DNA of 64,000 nt from Marsupella aquatica (lineage: Eukaryota; Plantae; Marchantiophyta). The stretch lies in NCBI GenBank assembly GCA_973895155.1, contig OZ316894.1:6222134-6286133 (forward strand), given 5' to 3'. The notes beneath the pieces were generated by a model. The model did not search any database, was not told the origin of the DNA, and saw only the letters and a list, made by a program, of their open reading frames with translations. The position numbers and the translations under genes are program-made. This document shows positions 24,941 through 38,800 of this stretch, one piece after another. Every line of letters starts with the position of its first letter. Position 1 is the stretch's first letter.

Positions 24941-26849
24941 GCGAGAATTTAAACTACTATCCTATACTACTAAGCTATACTTAGGAGGAACTTACTAAAC
25001 AAAGAATCCCCACGATAACGGTAAGAGCGTGCGCCTTTGCTAATAACTCATCGGTGGCTGCAACCTTGGGTCGTAGTTGCCGAAACTCAGCCTCTTGAGC
25101 CGCAACTTCATTCTTTAGGTACACGGACTCCACCCGGTACCGCTCTATCCTCTGAAGGGCCTCTGACTGGGCCCGACCTGCCTTTACTGTGGCAACCAAC
25201 TCCTGATTGAAGAAACAGGCTACCTTCCGGGCCATGAACTCCCCGGTATCCCGGGCAATTTGATGAGAGAAATCTCCCAGAAGCCCGTTCAGAAATGTAC
25301 CCGGTACGAAGAGTTCTGGGTGGTCCAGGTTGTACCTGTCCGAAGTTGGGCACGGGCAGACGTCCACACGCGCGGGGGCCGGGGCAGTGACGTCCAGCCC
25401 TGGGGACGTAACGTTGGAAGGGGCTGGAGCGTCCTCCTGTAGCAATGTCCGGTTCTCCGGAATAGCCACCGGTGGGTCTTTGGGAGAACCGGGCTCGGGT
25501 AAGACCTCCGCCGTACCGACTTCTGTACTTAGCCCGGCTTGTTGGGTCGCATCAACGGTTGCGACACCCGACCCATCTGGTACCTCCTCGGTTATGACTA
25601 CAGCTACTTGTGGAGGTGGGGTGGATGAAGCTGGCGTGTCCGCTGGACTTCGGGCCTCGGGCTGGGGCCGTCTCTCCAAGGCCGGGAAAACCCACCTAGC
25701 TAGGACCAGCTTTGTAACGTTGACACGGGGAAGGGTTCGTCGATCAAACCGGGCGTACCACTCAAGAATGATCTTGATGTGGCTAGCGAAATACGCCTTC
25801 CGCCAATGTACAGCGTCTTCCTTCGCCGCTCCATTTCTTCATGGAATTTCTTAGCGAAGTACGACGCCCACCTCCTAGGTCGATAGTTCTCGACCTGGAT
25901 AACCTGGGCGGCGGAGATCTCCCCCCGGGGTTCCATCATGTGGAGGGCGTACCTCTGGAACTCCAGTCGCTCAGCTATCTCGGGGATGAGGCAGGTTTTC
26001 ATCACGAACCCGTTGTCCACTGCTCCCTTTGAGGGAAAACTTGAAGATTGGTACTTGGCTCCCTTGCCCCCGGGAGCCCGTGATTCGACTCGATGATCAC
26101 CTTCGGGTAACCCGAACATCATCCTGAGCCATTCTTCCGTGAGGGACATACTCCCCGTAGCCGAGTATGTTAACGCGCGTCGTCATAATTCCTGACGAAC
26201 TCCGTCATGTCCTCCCCGTAGTACCTGCAAGTGTTCCAGGGGAGGGAGGCGAGGTGCTTGAATCCCTGAGTCTTCAGGTACACCGCATGCTTGGGATGGA
26301 GGATGTTTTTGTGAACGTTTTCCCCCATGCGGTGCATTGTCACCTTGGCCACGGCTACCGTGGCCAATGGTAACCCGGATGCAGTGGCGGATTCCTTCCT
26401 CTTCTTCCCCCGTGACTGGCTTGGGGAAGGTGACACCTCCCCATCCTCCCAATCAGGCCTGGGTAGTGCTACTGCCGTTAGTAACGGGCCCGGGTCGGCC
26501 ACGGTCACCATGTTGTCTGTCGGGGCCGCTCCTGGGGTCAGAGCAGGGGGTGGGGACGATATAGTATCGGCCCCCTGAGCGCTTGTTCCTTTGGGCCGCC
26601 TGGTCAAGGGTAGGGTAGCCTCGTCGTCATCGCTAAGATCCACAACGTTGATGACGGAGCGTACTTGTGCTGGCTGGGCGATTGGTGGTGGGGTTTGGCT
26701 AGGCTGCGGCTGAGGCTGAAGCTGAAGCTGAGCCTGAGGTTGTACGGGTACGGGTACGGGTACGGGTACAACTGAGTTGGTCATGTTGGTTGCTGGCCGA
26801 GTTCCTATGAAGCTCTGTAGGTGCTGGTAGAAGTTCTCCGGGGCCTAAC

Positions 26850-29800
26850 CTCCGTGACAGGAAACAGTAAATAGGAAAAATCATAACAGGAAAATTCAAG
26901 GAAGATAACAGGAGTTCTTGCGCTCACAACAAAAAAAATATTTCATTTTCAAGAGCCAAAAATATATTTTCTATGATATTCATGATCTAGGCTATCGCTT
27001 TTTGTCATAATGGGATAAGTTTACTAGCGTCGGGCGCTAGCCAAAATACAATGATACGTTTTCATATTAGTTGCAAGGGTTATAATTAGCAAATTACATC
27101 ACATGTTAGGCAAACAAAATGTGCATTGTTTATTGGAAAGTATGTAATTTGTATTTTGTCGGTGGATACTTAGCATTTTGGCAAGGGTTATCATTAACAC
27201 CCCCTCCCGACGCTAGTCAAAATACCATCATAGTTTTTACATAGTCACAAGATTTACAATTAACATACAACAAATTCCTATGTTTGTTGAACTCTTACAA
27301 AAATGCAATATACTTCTCCTATAAACCAAGTGTGTATTTCTTGCATTTGGCCAAATCTGATCCTCTTTAAATTCTAAGGGGGAGACTTAAAGTGTACATC
27401 ATCATCAAGATTATTGAAAGAGTGCTTACGTGAGGGACACAGTCTTGGCCAAAAAACTCCTCATTTGGAATTTTTTTTTATCTAATTCCTAATTAAATCA
27501 AACCTTCAATTATATAGGAAATCTCAAGTAATACATATTTTATATTTTTCAAGTTGTTGATTCTATATATGTGGGTTGTTGTTATTTTCATAAAAATAAT
27601 TTAGAATTACTTCTAAATTATTCTCATAAGAATGTGAGGTGCTTAAGAAAATGAGAAAAGTTTTAGGCTACAATAGGATTAGAGTTTGACACTCTCTAGC
27701 AACCCCAAAATATCTAGTATAGAACAAGGAAAATATGATAGTAATGCCATACTCTACTATACAAATTGGCGTAATTTGATGTGTTTAAAGGTCATGAAGC
27801 TCAAACTCTTGGATTAAATCTAGAAATAAATCCCATAATAACTCCAGATGCAAAAGAAATTGAGACAAATTGAATATATTTATATGATATAATCCCTAAT
27901 TTAGTACCTAATTGCTATCTCAATAGTCCTAAAATCTTGTGCAGAATGTATAATAGCCCTAGGCGCTATCATAAATCATATTTATTTGACGTATTGATTG
28001 ATAAAAGTATTAGGTGCTATCATCAAATGACACATTTATGTGTAGAAACATCCATCATTTTTTAAAGAAACTTTGGCACAAGAGTTAATTACAAGAAATA
28101 ATAAACATAAACCCATAAAACAAATTTAATAAAAAAGATAAAAAAGATAAAAAAAGATACAAATGTTACTAGCGTCGGGTGCTGGTAATATCTTACTTGG
28201 CTTGATCCCCTCTAAGAATGATATTATTTTAATAATTTTTCTACAACAAATTGAGCTAAAATTAGTATAAAACATTTAAAAATGTTACTAGCGCCGAGAG
28301 CTAGTAATATTCAAGTCACCAAGACACTCCAAAATGACACTATATGAGTGCATGTTTACAAAAGATAAGTAAGCAAAGAGTAACAAAAATGATAAAACAT
28401 TACTAGCGCCAAGAGCTAGTAATGTCACACCCACCTAGACCCTCCACAATGACACTATTTTGAGTGTCTTTATGGGAAAAAATTAAGCAAAAAAGGCTAT
28501 AAAAATAAATTAACATTACTAGCGCCCGGAGCTAGTAATGTCACACTCGCTTGGACCCTTTAAAATAACATCATATTGAGTGTATTTATGAATTTTTTTT
28601 ACAAAAATTGGGCTATAAAAATGAATTAACATTACTAGCGCCGGGAGCTAGTAATGTCACACTCGCTTGGACCCTTTAAAATAACATCATTTTGAGTGTA
28701 TTTATGAGAATTTTTTTAGAAAATTGGGCTATAAAAATAAATCAACATTACTAGCGCCGGGAGCTAGTAATGTCACACTCGCTTGGACCCTTTAAAATAA
28801 CATCATTTTGAGTGTATTTATGAGAAATATTTTAGAAAATTGGGCTATAAAAATAAATCAACATTACTAGCGTCGGGAGCTATTAATGTCACACTCGCTT
28901 GGACTCTTTAAAATAACATCATTTTGAGAGTATTTATGAGAAATTTTTAGAAAATTGGGCTCTAAAAATGAATTAACATTACTAGCGCCAGGCGCTAGTA
29001 ATGTCACACTCGCTTGGACCCTTTAAAATAACATCATATTGAGTGTATTTATGAGAAATTTTTAGAAAATTGGGCTATAAAAATGAATTAACATTACTAG
29101 CGTCGGGCGCTAGTAATGTCACACTCGCTTGGACCCTTTAAAATAACATCATATTGAGTGTATTTATGAGAAAATTTTACAAAAATTGGGCTATAAAAAT
29201 AAATTAACATTACTAGCGCCGGGAGCTAGTAATGTCACACTCACTTGGACCCTTTAAAATAACATCATATTGAGTGTATTTATGAGAATTTTTTTAGAAA
29301 ATTGGGCTATAAAAATAAATTAACATTACTAGCGCCAGGAGCTAGTAATGTCACACTCGCTTGGACCCTTTAAAATAACATCATATTGAGTGTATTTATG
29401 AGAATTTTTTTAGAAAATTGGGTTATAAAAATAAATTAACATTACTAGCGCCGGGAGCTAGTAATGTCACACTCGCTTGGACCCTTTAAAATAACATCAT
29501 ATTGAGTGTATTTATGAGAATTTTTTTAGAAAATTGGGCTATAAAAATAAATTAACATTACTAGCGCCGGGAGCTAGTAATGTCACACTTGCTTGGACCC
29601 TCCATAATAGCACCATTTTGAGAAATTTACAAGAGAAATTTTACGCAAAAAATGTAGAAAAACAAAGGAACATTACTAGCGCCAAAAGCTAGTAATGTGA
29701 CTTTGGCCCAAACCCTCTAGAAAAACATTTTTTTGAGTCTGTGAGCTTTAATTATTTATTGATATACCACCTATTTCACTAGTAGTATTACCGTTTTATC

Positions 29801-31132
29801 TCTTGTGTTTGCGATTGTTGTTAAATACACCAAAGGATATTTTGGAAGGTCATGCAATTTTGCAAGTAAGAAAGAAATATCTATGTAAATGAGACCTCAC
29901 CAAAGAGGACTCTTTGTTGGCGTTGAGTGCTACTATGGTAATATGAACAAAAATGACTATAGCCTGAAGGATATATTTTGATAAGCGCCAGGCGCTGCTA
30001 TAAATTTTGGTCAAAACCAATGGCTCTAATTATCAATTTATTATATTAGTTTGTGGTGCTACTATATTATATCATCATTTGTAACATTTTAATGGTTATA
30101 TTATCACTAATATTATCTAATGTCACGGCTGCTGACCTTGTTACTAGAAAAAAAGAACATAGCATCCTCTAATGGTCTAAGGCGGTTCAATCAAAATTTA
30201 CAATATGTCAAACTCTTTATCATTGGTTAGAGCATTCAAATGACCAGAGTGTATTGCATTTGATAGCAAGAGTATATCTTTTTGCTCACATCACTCTCCG
30301 TGAGGATGTTAACCTTTGGTCAATCCACACATTTACAATCTTCTCGGTAGTACTTTGGAAGATGCATGGAACCCTTGATATGATGTGCTCCTTTATCGAT
30401 AGTTTGTCACTACTAGACGTCCAAATCAAAGTATGATTCAATATAATTCAAGTTAGTTTGAGCATGACAATTAGGGTGTCTAAAGGGAATAAACTTTTGT
30501 CTTATAATCTTTATATAGTTTTGATGTCGTGCACGATAGGTTTGAGCGTGAATATTGGTATATACATAGATGAACTAACAGTTTCTTTGGTCATAATGTT
30601 ATATACAACAATCCTCTTGGCGGACCACCATATATGGAGTGTCTACGCTTAGCAAAGGAATGAAGACTCAATCAGCAAGACAATCTCATCTCCCGTCTCA
30701 TCTATAGGGGAAGAGCAAGTTCATTGATTATCCTTAGATGTCAATGGAGATGCACTAGAGTTGGCTTGCGCTAAATGAGGGATCAGCTTGAGAGAGCATA
30801 ACATTCCAGATCCAAACACTCAAGAATTGCAAATACTTACTTGGTTAGGATTTATATGTACTTCTATTGCTCTTGTGATGATTTTTGTTGCAAGCATTCT
30901 TGAGCTATTATCAAATGATGCCTTCATGTGTAGAAAATCTTTGGCGCTAGTAAAGATTTATGTCTATAATAATTGTATCTGTTACATATATTACAATTGC
31001 TCAGTTCAAATTGTAGTGTAATTTTGGTCCTTAAAGAGGGAATTTTCTTTTGGCATTGCGCACAAAACTCCTGTTATCTTTGACCATTTTTGCTGTTATG
31101 ATAATTCCTGTTTACTGTTTCCTGTCACGGGG
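26850..31132. mobile_element. Non-autonomous AT-rich TIR element (~4.3 kb, ~70-bp imperfect TIRs)
   Basis: Left CTCCGTGACAGGAAACAGTAAATAGGAA..TCATAACAG...AGATAACAGGAGTT matches the reverse complement of the right end, CCCCGTGACAGGAAACAGTAAACAGGAA..TCATAACAG...AGATAACAGGAGTT. It splits the LTR gene. The TSD is unclear (possibly AA). Confidence 0.85.
28160..29735. repeat. ~116-bp tandem array (~14 units), each with a 29-bp palindrome
   Basis: ACATTACTAGCG at 28513, 28629, 28745, 28861, 28976, 29091, 29207, 29323, 29439, 29555 and 29670, plus diverged units at ~28163, 28282 and 28397. Perfect palindrome ACATTACTAGCGCC-A-GGCGCTAGTAATGT at 28976-29004. Confidence 0.97.
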
Positions 31133-32033
31133 AAAAACCTCGTTCTCCGAAGCGAGGGCAGACGACCTTGTTGAACGGGTAGTGCTGGACTCGCTGTTGA
31201 TGATAGCCTGAACCTGAGCAGGGATGTGGTCGAAGTGATGTCGCTGCAAGTGGATCGTACCCGGGATATTGAAGACCTCGTCCGGAAGCCGAAGCAATGC
31301 TTCCCAGAACCCGATATATTTGTCTCCGTTGAAGAAGTACCCGGATACCTCTGCTGGTCGGTAAAGCTCGCTCTGAGACGGGTAGTCAAAGTTAAGGATG
31401 TAGTGGTGTCGTCCTGCTAGGCGGATGGCTCGCTCGTACTCGCGTTCGATTTTGTATCGGCGCGGGTTGGAGTGTTTCAACGAGTCGGCCAAGTGCCTTC
31501 CGGTAGATAGGAACTGCGTCCAGAATCGAATGGCCGAGCTGGAGAGGATCGTGTGCGACATTCAGAGGAGATAGTAGTGGCGAATTAGAGCGAACAAGAG
31601 AGATGGGGTCGAAGCTGGCGCGCGGACTGATGGACTGGTGCACTACAAAGGGTTGGCTCCCCTTTTATACCTTGAGGGCTTGTCGATCCCCCGACGTCTC
31701 CTCGGCGCCCATAGGCTGAATCGCTCACGCTTGTGGTGTGCTGGCCACTCCGCCGGTCTGAGTCAGCGCATGTCAATGGCCGCTTCCTTAAGTTTGTTAT
31801 ACGGACCCGAGGGAGGGGCCCCTCCACGCTCGTAACCCGGGTGTGCGAATAGCGACCAGCCGCCAGTCCGAACCTGAATTCCTCCTTATTGCCTAATGAT
31901 ATCCTATCCATAATAATTACCTAAATACTGTCGTTATGCTAATAATAGCGGTCTAAGACACTCCTAACACGCGTGCCAAGCGCAGTTAGACCGAATCACT
32001 CATTAACCGCCGTACCGGCGGCGTCACAGGAAT

Positions 32034-33586
32034 CAAGGGCAAAGCCTCCTAAGCAAAGGGGAACGACCATAGAGTCGGCTGAAATTGTTGTGAAAACTCC
32101 CATGGTCAAAGCCGTGGGGAAGAAGGCCCCAAACGTTGAGAAGCAGGCTGTCATCACCTCTCAAGCTGTCGTTCGCAAGCCCAAGAAAGCAAAGAAAAAT
32201 CAGGAAGCTGTTGAGATTGACGAGAACCCTAGTTCCGCGAAGCTAGTTGTCGACCGTGCTCGTCTGGAGACTGCAGAAAAAACATTGGAGTTGAATAAGT
32301 CTTGGTATTGTTTCGGGATATCCAGATTTTTTTCTGTCCCGGTTGAAAACATCCATCCCCCTCCTGCCAAGATGAATGAGAGACTCCTCAATGAGGAGCA
32401 TGTCAACCATCTTGCGCAACTGATGATGACAAATGCAGGGCAAGAACCTTTACCTGCAGATTTGGTTCCTTACAAGATGATCGACGGAGTACCGAGTTTA
32501 ATTGACCTTGCGGGAAAGGACATTGACACCAAGAAGCTTGCGGAATTCAAGTTCTTTGCCATCAGTGGTCAACATTCCACAATGGCCGCCAAGAAAATTA
32601 TCCGGAGTTCAAAGACCCAACCATCTCTCATGCAAACAGCCAATTTGCTCAAATATCGTCGAGCACGAATTCTCAAAGGGTCAACTCCGGTGAAAGTTCT
32701 TGTGGAAATTTCACACGCGAACAACCTTCAGGCGGAGGCACATCGGTTTTCATCTCCATTTATTGATCAAGTGAAACATGCAAGAATGCAATACAGTGAT
32801 ATGGGGCGACCAGCTCGTCCATTTCCATCGGTTCTCCATGAGAGTTGTGAATAAAATCCTTTCTACGCGAGAGTCGTGTAGTTTCCAGTATTTGGGGATT
32901 CGAAACTTTGAGCTGGCTAACTTTGAGTTGTTTGGTCTTTCCTCCTAGGAGTATGAAACACTTGCGAAAGTTATGTTAAAGGTGAATAGCATCAGCGAGT
33001 ACAATTGGATTTTGTTTGCTCCCGAGAAGCTCTACTCTTTATGGAGAGAGGTTTGCAATAATTGGCTCAAGGGTAATCTTTTGGATTCATCCGGACAAAT
33101 GACAGGAAAATCGAAAGAAGCAAAATAGTTGACAGGGACAACATTCCGGGTTTTTGAGGGTGCCGTAGAATCCGACATCTTGGAAATCCTCCACAAAGTG
33201 AATTTGGGGGAGGCGCTTTTGATGAAAAAAACATGCTTTGACTGATCTTCCCGCCATGTCAGAATTGGCAAGAAAAGCAAAGTATACGGAGAAACTTAAG
33301 GGGGCAATACTTCGATTCTATCGGGAGAAGTACGAAGGGGTTTTCTCGCAAGGATCAACTTGGGGTGATGTAGTTCAGCAATATAATTTCACTGATGAGG
33401 AATTGGATCGTTGTTGTGCAATGGTGGACACTGGATATTTCAAGAGCCTTGTGAAGGTGTCACTAAACACAGAGATGCCGGAGCCACTGAAAAATAGGTT
33501 GAGAAATATTCACCAAAAGAGGTTTGGCGGCCATCTCCGCGCAAGGATGGATCCTTACCGAGTTTTCTATACTGGAAATCTGCGCG
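32034..33586 (+). pseudogene. Accessory gene segment 2: ParB/Srx-like domain and helical region
   Basis: VPVENIHPP...NERLLNEEHVNHLAQLM...FAISGQHS (32561-32578) resembles the ParB/Srx (I/V)DG.HR motif. Predicted intron ~32846-32948, followed by an exon with one stop and a frameshift into ORF 33238. Cut by the CACTA element at 33587. Confidence 0.6.
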
Positions 33587-35843
33587 CACTAGTAGAAACC
33601 GGGGCAATTTAGACCATACCTTATAGGACTAAGCCCACTAAGTCCTTTTTCCATACTTGAAACGACTCGCACCCATTGCACCGGTTTTGTTGAAGACTAC
33701 AAAAGACTATTAGTGTTTTATAGTTCACTAAAAGACTATGAGAAGTAACCTTGCTACTTTGTGAACGGTGAATAGTCTAGCACATCATGGGTAATGTTCA
33801 CTTATGTTGAGGAGGGGTAATTCTATAAAGAGGGTGATAGCAAGGGGCATAACTCAATAAATGGCCTTATTTGTGACCAAAAAGGTTTTGGAGTGAGGTT
33901 CATGGAGGGTGGACTACGGAGGGATCGATTACTAACTCCATCTATAAAAGGCCGAGATGCACAAAGGTAGATTTGTACCGGTCTCAAGGGGGTGTGGGTT
34001 TAGGGTTAGGGGGTTGTCCAGCCGAAGAACACTCGGTTTGATGTCAAGGGTCGGGGGTTGCATGTTAAGGGGATGGGGGTTTTGGGACCATTGGATCGTC
34101 GGCATCCATCCCCCCCGGTCCATTCTTCATCCATTTAACCCTCTTTTGTCAATGACTCCAAATGTCCAATGGGTTTTCAGAGGGTTTATGCTTGAGGAGG
34201 GTGAGTTTAAGGGTAGGTGTTGTTTTTTGCCATCTGGGTGACTTAGGATATTTATCTAACCCAATGACTATACCCAAAATACCCAACTAAAAGCCCCCCC
34301 CCAAAAAAATGCATGCACCCTTGGTCTTAGTTACCGTTTAATCCTAACTGTGAACTTACGTCTAAATGTGTTAGGTGCTTGCAGAATGCCTATGAACGAG
34401 TCCTTCCAGTCGACTCAATGTTTAGGGTAAACGGATTTTGTAAAGGAAAATTGCACAAAGTGTCGACGGCTACCACCAGGGTTTTCCTTCACGTTTCTGC
34501 AAGGGAATCCAAGGCCAAACACTTTGCGCCCGATAATGCACTTTTCCTCAGTTGCTCTCGACTCTTGTACCTGATCGCACTCAGTCAATACATTTAGCGC
34601 TTTTGGAGGTGGGATTTCATGTCATTGCGTAGGGCTTGGAGCTTCGACCTTTGCTATATGACCCATTGTCGACTGCAATCTCACTATAGGGTTTAGGTGG
34701 GCCCTAAATCTTACATTCGTCTTTCCTGTGGTGACAACGCGGGTGCTAAGGTGTATAGGAGCAAGGTTGTCGGGAGGTTTATCATGGATGACTGGCGATT
34801 GGTGAGGCCTATTTGCATTCATCTCCACTATCATTGGGTACCCGAGATACAACGGTCGACCTTCTATACAGAGGCGAGGAAGTGACGAGAACCTACAACT
34901 CTTTGCGGGAATGCGTGGTCTTCTGCTTACCTGATTGCCCTCATGCTTGACTGTAAATACATTAGTAAAGTTTTGCTTTGGCTCAACTTTGGTCTTTTTT
35001 GGCCTTGCACGACTGCGCTCACTTCTCTCGGTTTCCAGTGTGCAGTTGGCTAAAGACCTGGATGTCATGCTGTGAGCGCAAGCTGCTAGTAGTTGTCCAT
35101 AGCTTGGGGAAAGCGGTGGGGACTGAGGCCACAAAGGAGTTTGACCTGCGCTTTTTTTTCTTTGCAGCAAGAGCGAGAGTGAGACGAGTTGCAAATTGAG
35201 TTTCATTGAGCTGCTGCCCTGGGCTTGGCGGAGGTCCTACACTCTTGTGTTGCTCACTTGTTCAGCTGCGGTGGGAGCGGGCTTTTGGTAGTGACCTGTT
35301 CAGTTGCAGTGGGAGCTGACAACTTTGGTGGCTGTGGTGTTGAGCTTCTAAGGAGGGCAAGCAACTGCGTGATGTGCCCTTGAGTGAATGTCTCTTGGAG
35401 GAGCTGCAAAGTGGTGAAAGGGGAAGGAGGTGAGCTCGGGCCTGGAAGCAATGTGCTTCTCCAACATTTTTGCACAATGCAATGCTGCTCAATTGTTTAT
35501 CCTTCCTCTAAAGCTGATTGTGACGCATCGACCTTTGACGGGAGTATCTGCATTACAGTTTGCTACATACGGCTCTGTGTGGCAATCGCCAATAGCTAGC
35601 GCAATGGAGGGTTCGACGTCAACTTTGAGTCATTGATCAGTGCACACTACATCGCTCTCCCTTTGCTAAACCCTTTCTTTTGGCTTGGTTCTTGGTGCCT
35701 TTGGCATAGGAGCGACGTTATTGCTAATCAACTCCCGAATCAACTTTGGAGGTGCGGGTTAGAAGGGGTTGGAGAGAGGAGGTCCAAACCGAGAATGCCC
35801 TTCACTGTCAACGGGCGGTAGCCATTGTTCCATCTTTGAGCCC

Positions 35844-38800
35844 TGTGGTGCGTCCCATGGCTCCCTAAACCCAAGAAACCCCCCAGCTCAAGCCGATTCC
35901 CGCAGGTTTTGCGCTTGGCGAGGCCATTTCCGCGGCTTAGCGGCATGGGACGCTGCTAACCTTCTACTACTACTATTAACATTTTACACACATATACTGG
36001 ACAGATCCTTCATCGGGTCATGAGATACGTAGCCGGCCTAATCTAGGCCTTCCCCTGTCTTCCCCTCCGTCTTGTTAGGTATGTTTGGATTCCGCCGCCG
36101 GAATGATCCCCAATAGGCTTGGTTAAGCCGCTAAGACCTCTCTCAGCTCGACACATCCAACTCTCACTCCCCTGCTTACTTTCCTTCCTTTTGGTTGATG
36201 TGGGCACTCTTCACACAAGTTAATGCGACACACAAATAGCAAAATGACTCATTCTGACTGAGTCATACCATGCACTTGCCATACAAACAGTACATCTCAT
36301 ACACAAGCTCTGCGAACTAAGCCGTGAGGCCAACTCTATTCAGCTCTTAGGCATGAGGAAACATGAATATACACAAGGGTCACTGTATGACTAACCGAGA
36401 GCTTCTCGTACTACTTGATCCCAGCCCGGCTGGTGCAAACTAAAAACTTGCTAAAGAAGAGGCCCTGAGCTCCCCGCTGCCCAGGTACTTATCCTGGTAG
36501 TGGATCCGCCATTCTTTGCATCGTAAGCCTAATCTACTTAACAGTAATCTACTTGCCCGAATCTACCTATGTACAACAAGGCAGGAGCACAAGTGTTGCT
36601 CCTACCAGTGGGACCGCAATCCCACTAAGCTAAGTGTCAGGGCCGCTCCTGGTCCTGATCCTAATCCTAAACTTGGAGATCCGCGCCCGCCCTGCCCACT
36701 CACGCCTCCTCCCTCTACGTCCGCCCTCCCTAAAAGGAACGGCGCCCTTGCACCGTCACGACACTGGTGGTGGATCCTTAATGGACGCCCCCAACGCTTC
36801 CTCCTCAGCCACTGCTGTAGGCTCATTCCTTGACAGATTACCTGCCCTTGACTGAGTCAACTCTCCATCGGCCTGACTGGGTCCACCATCAGCGTCGGCA
36901 TCGGCTCGGGAATCGGTTACGGCCTCAGCCTCGGCTACGGTCTCCCCGGCCTGCTCAAGAGGCGGATCTGGAATACCGGCCTCATTACTGAGTAGTTCGG
37001 CTTGGGCCGCACCACCCCCACCTGTGATGATAGCGGGATCTATTGCCGTATTCATGCCGGGGGATGGTGCTGGTTCTACCTCTTTGGTCACCACGGCTTG
37101 TGGAGTCGGATTACTCTTTGACCCAGAAGGTTTCCACTTTTTCTTCTTTTCTGGTTCGGCAGCTGGTCCCTTCCCCTTCCCACTTACTTCCGGCACTGGT
37201 GCAGTTGGCGCGGCTTTTTCTTCGGCCAGTACCACTCCTGGTAACTTGGTTGCCCCAATTGGAGTTGGGCCTGATGAAGACAAGCACTTAAATACTGCGG
37301 CTTGTTTCTTCAGCCGCTCCGTTTGGTTGTCGGCCCGCCGCTGGAGGTTCTCCATCTTCCTCGTGATTTCCTCCAACTCCTCTTGGGTCTCATCCAGGTC
37401 CTTGCGTGCCTCCACTAGTTCCTTCTGGGCTTCCTCCCGTTCTTGTTTCAAGGTAGTCCTCTCCTCCCGGGTTGCTCTTAGCTCCTTGTCGAGCTCTGCA
37501 ATGATGACAGACTCCATCTGGTTCATCTTGGCGTAAGTCTGTTCGAGCATCTCGTCCTTCTCCCTTAGGTCGGCCTTGAAGCTGGCCGTCAGGGACGCAA
37601 GCTCCTGCTGCAGCGCCATAATCCCTTGATAGGATTTCCCTAACTCGGCCTCCTTCTGCTCAAGGGCTCCGCGGATTTTCTCGAGCTCCCCCTTCAACGC
37701 CCATTCCTTTCTTTGGGTCTCCGCCATGGCCCGGCTGTTGGCTGTTATGTGGGCCTCCTCTGTATTCTTCAGCTCTTGCTTCCACTTCTCCCTCTCTTTG
37801 ATCGTGTCGGCCAACTCTCCCTGCGTCTGAGTCAGTTTATCCTTGATATTCTGATTATCAGCCTGCGCGGTGTCCAACTGCCCCTGCATGATGTTAAGCT
37901 CATGTCGTTTAATCCGCAGTTCATCTTGGGCTTTCTTGGCCGCCCTTAGATCTTCAATCTCGGCTTCCATCCTCCTAAGCCGCCGAATGACCTCGTCCTT
38001 CTTGCTTCTCTCTAAAGCCACCGCTTCTTCTAATTGGTGCTTCTCCAACTGCTCCCTATGGAAAAAGGGTCCTACCTCCAACTCCTCTCCAAAGATGCCG
38101 AGCGCAAGTTCCCCACACATCTCACCATACTCCATGGCTCTATTCTTAGCGTAGGTGGAGTAAGTAGAAGTGATCGGCATCGCCCATCGCGGCCTCTGCT
38201 CCCAAGCCGTCCTGCGGATCTCTTCAATCGTGGCTAGAGGTTTGCTTCCTTTTTCGGCTAGCCGCCTGATGTCCTCCGGCCAATCTCCTCCTGGTAAATC
38301 CTTTTCCCTAGCCAGGGCTGCCTCCTCTTCCTGCCTGATTCGCTCCTGAAATTCCTGCACCGTCTGTTTTATGCCGTCGAAGCTCGGGGGAGCAACATCT
38401 GGTGGGGGAGACTCAGGGCTACTCTGCTGGTTGGGGTCCCCTCGCACTACCCTTGGAAGTGTGGGGACAAACCGGCCACAGGTCCTTACTCCTGGAACGT
38501 GATGGTCCGACCCATAGCCGGAATTATCATGGCTGCAGTCCTCCACTGCCTCCTCTACCTCTTGGACGTCCGGCTTCTCCCTCTCCTCTTCGTCGGTAGG
38601 AGCTTCAGGAAATTCTGCCTCAGATTCGGAGCTTGAGGTTCCCACGTACATTCGAACACCTGGCTTGGATTCCGGCCTGATTCTCTCCTTGTCTCCAGCA
38701 AAGGGGTTTTCTCTTGTGAGCCGGTGTAGGCCTACCTCTGTAGTAGTGTCCTGCATTGTTGCCGTTGCCGTTGTTGTTGCCGATGCCGATTTCTTTTCTT

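Larger units (their letters stand above)
23148..31561 (-). pseudogene. Degraded LTR-borne gene (Athila-ORF/plant-transposon-protein-like domain plus coiled coil)
   Basis: Fragments 31112-31561, 26170-26784, 25700-26149, 24981-25679 and 23148-23432. Motif LPW...EFVRNYD...SLTEEWLRMMFGLPEG...DNGF...C...ERLEF is shared with the other two solo LTRs. Confidence 0.7.
22200..32028 (-). mobile_element. Giant solo LTR 1 (TG...CA, 5-bp TSD GGAAT) with an internal gene and nested inserts
   Basis: GGAAT|TGTCACG at 22195-22206 and CGTCACA|GGAAT at 32022-32033. No internal LTR pair, gag or pol was seen. Shares AGGGTTCGGGCA and CGGGACTCCCCG with solo LTR 3. Confidence 0.85.

Noticed and set aside
28160-29735. 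CRISPR-like array (29-bp palindromic repeat with regular spacing)
   Set aside because: The ~87-bp intervening sequences are near-identical rather than unique, there are no cas genes, and the context is a eukaryotic TIR element.
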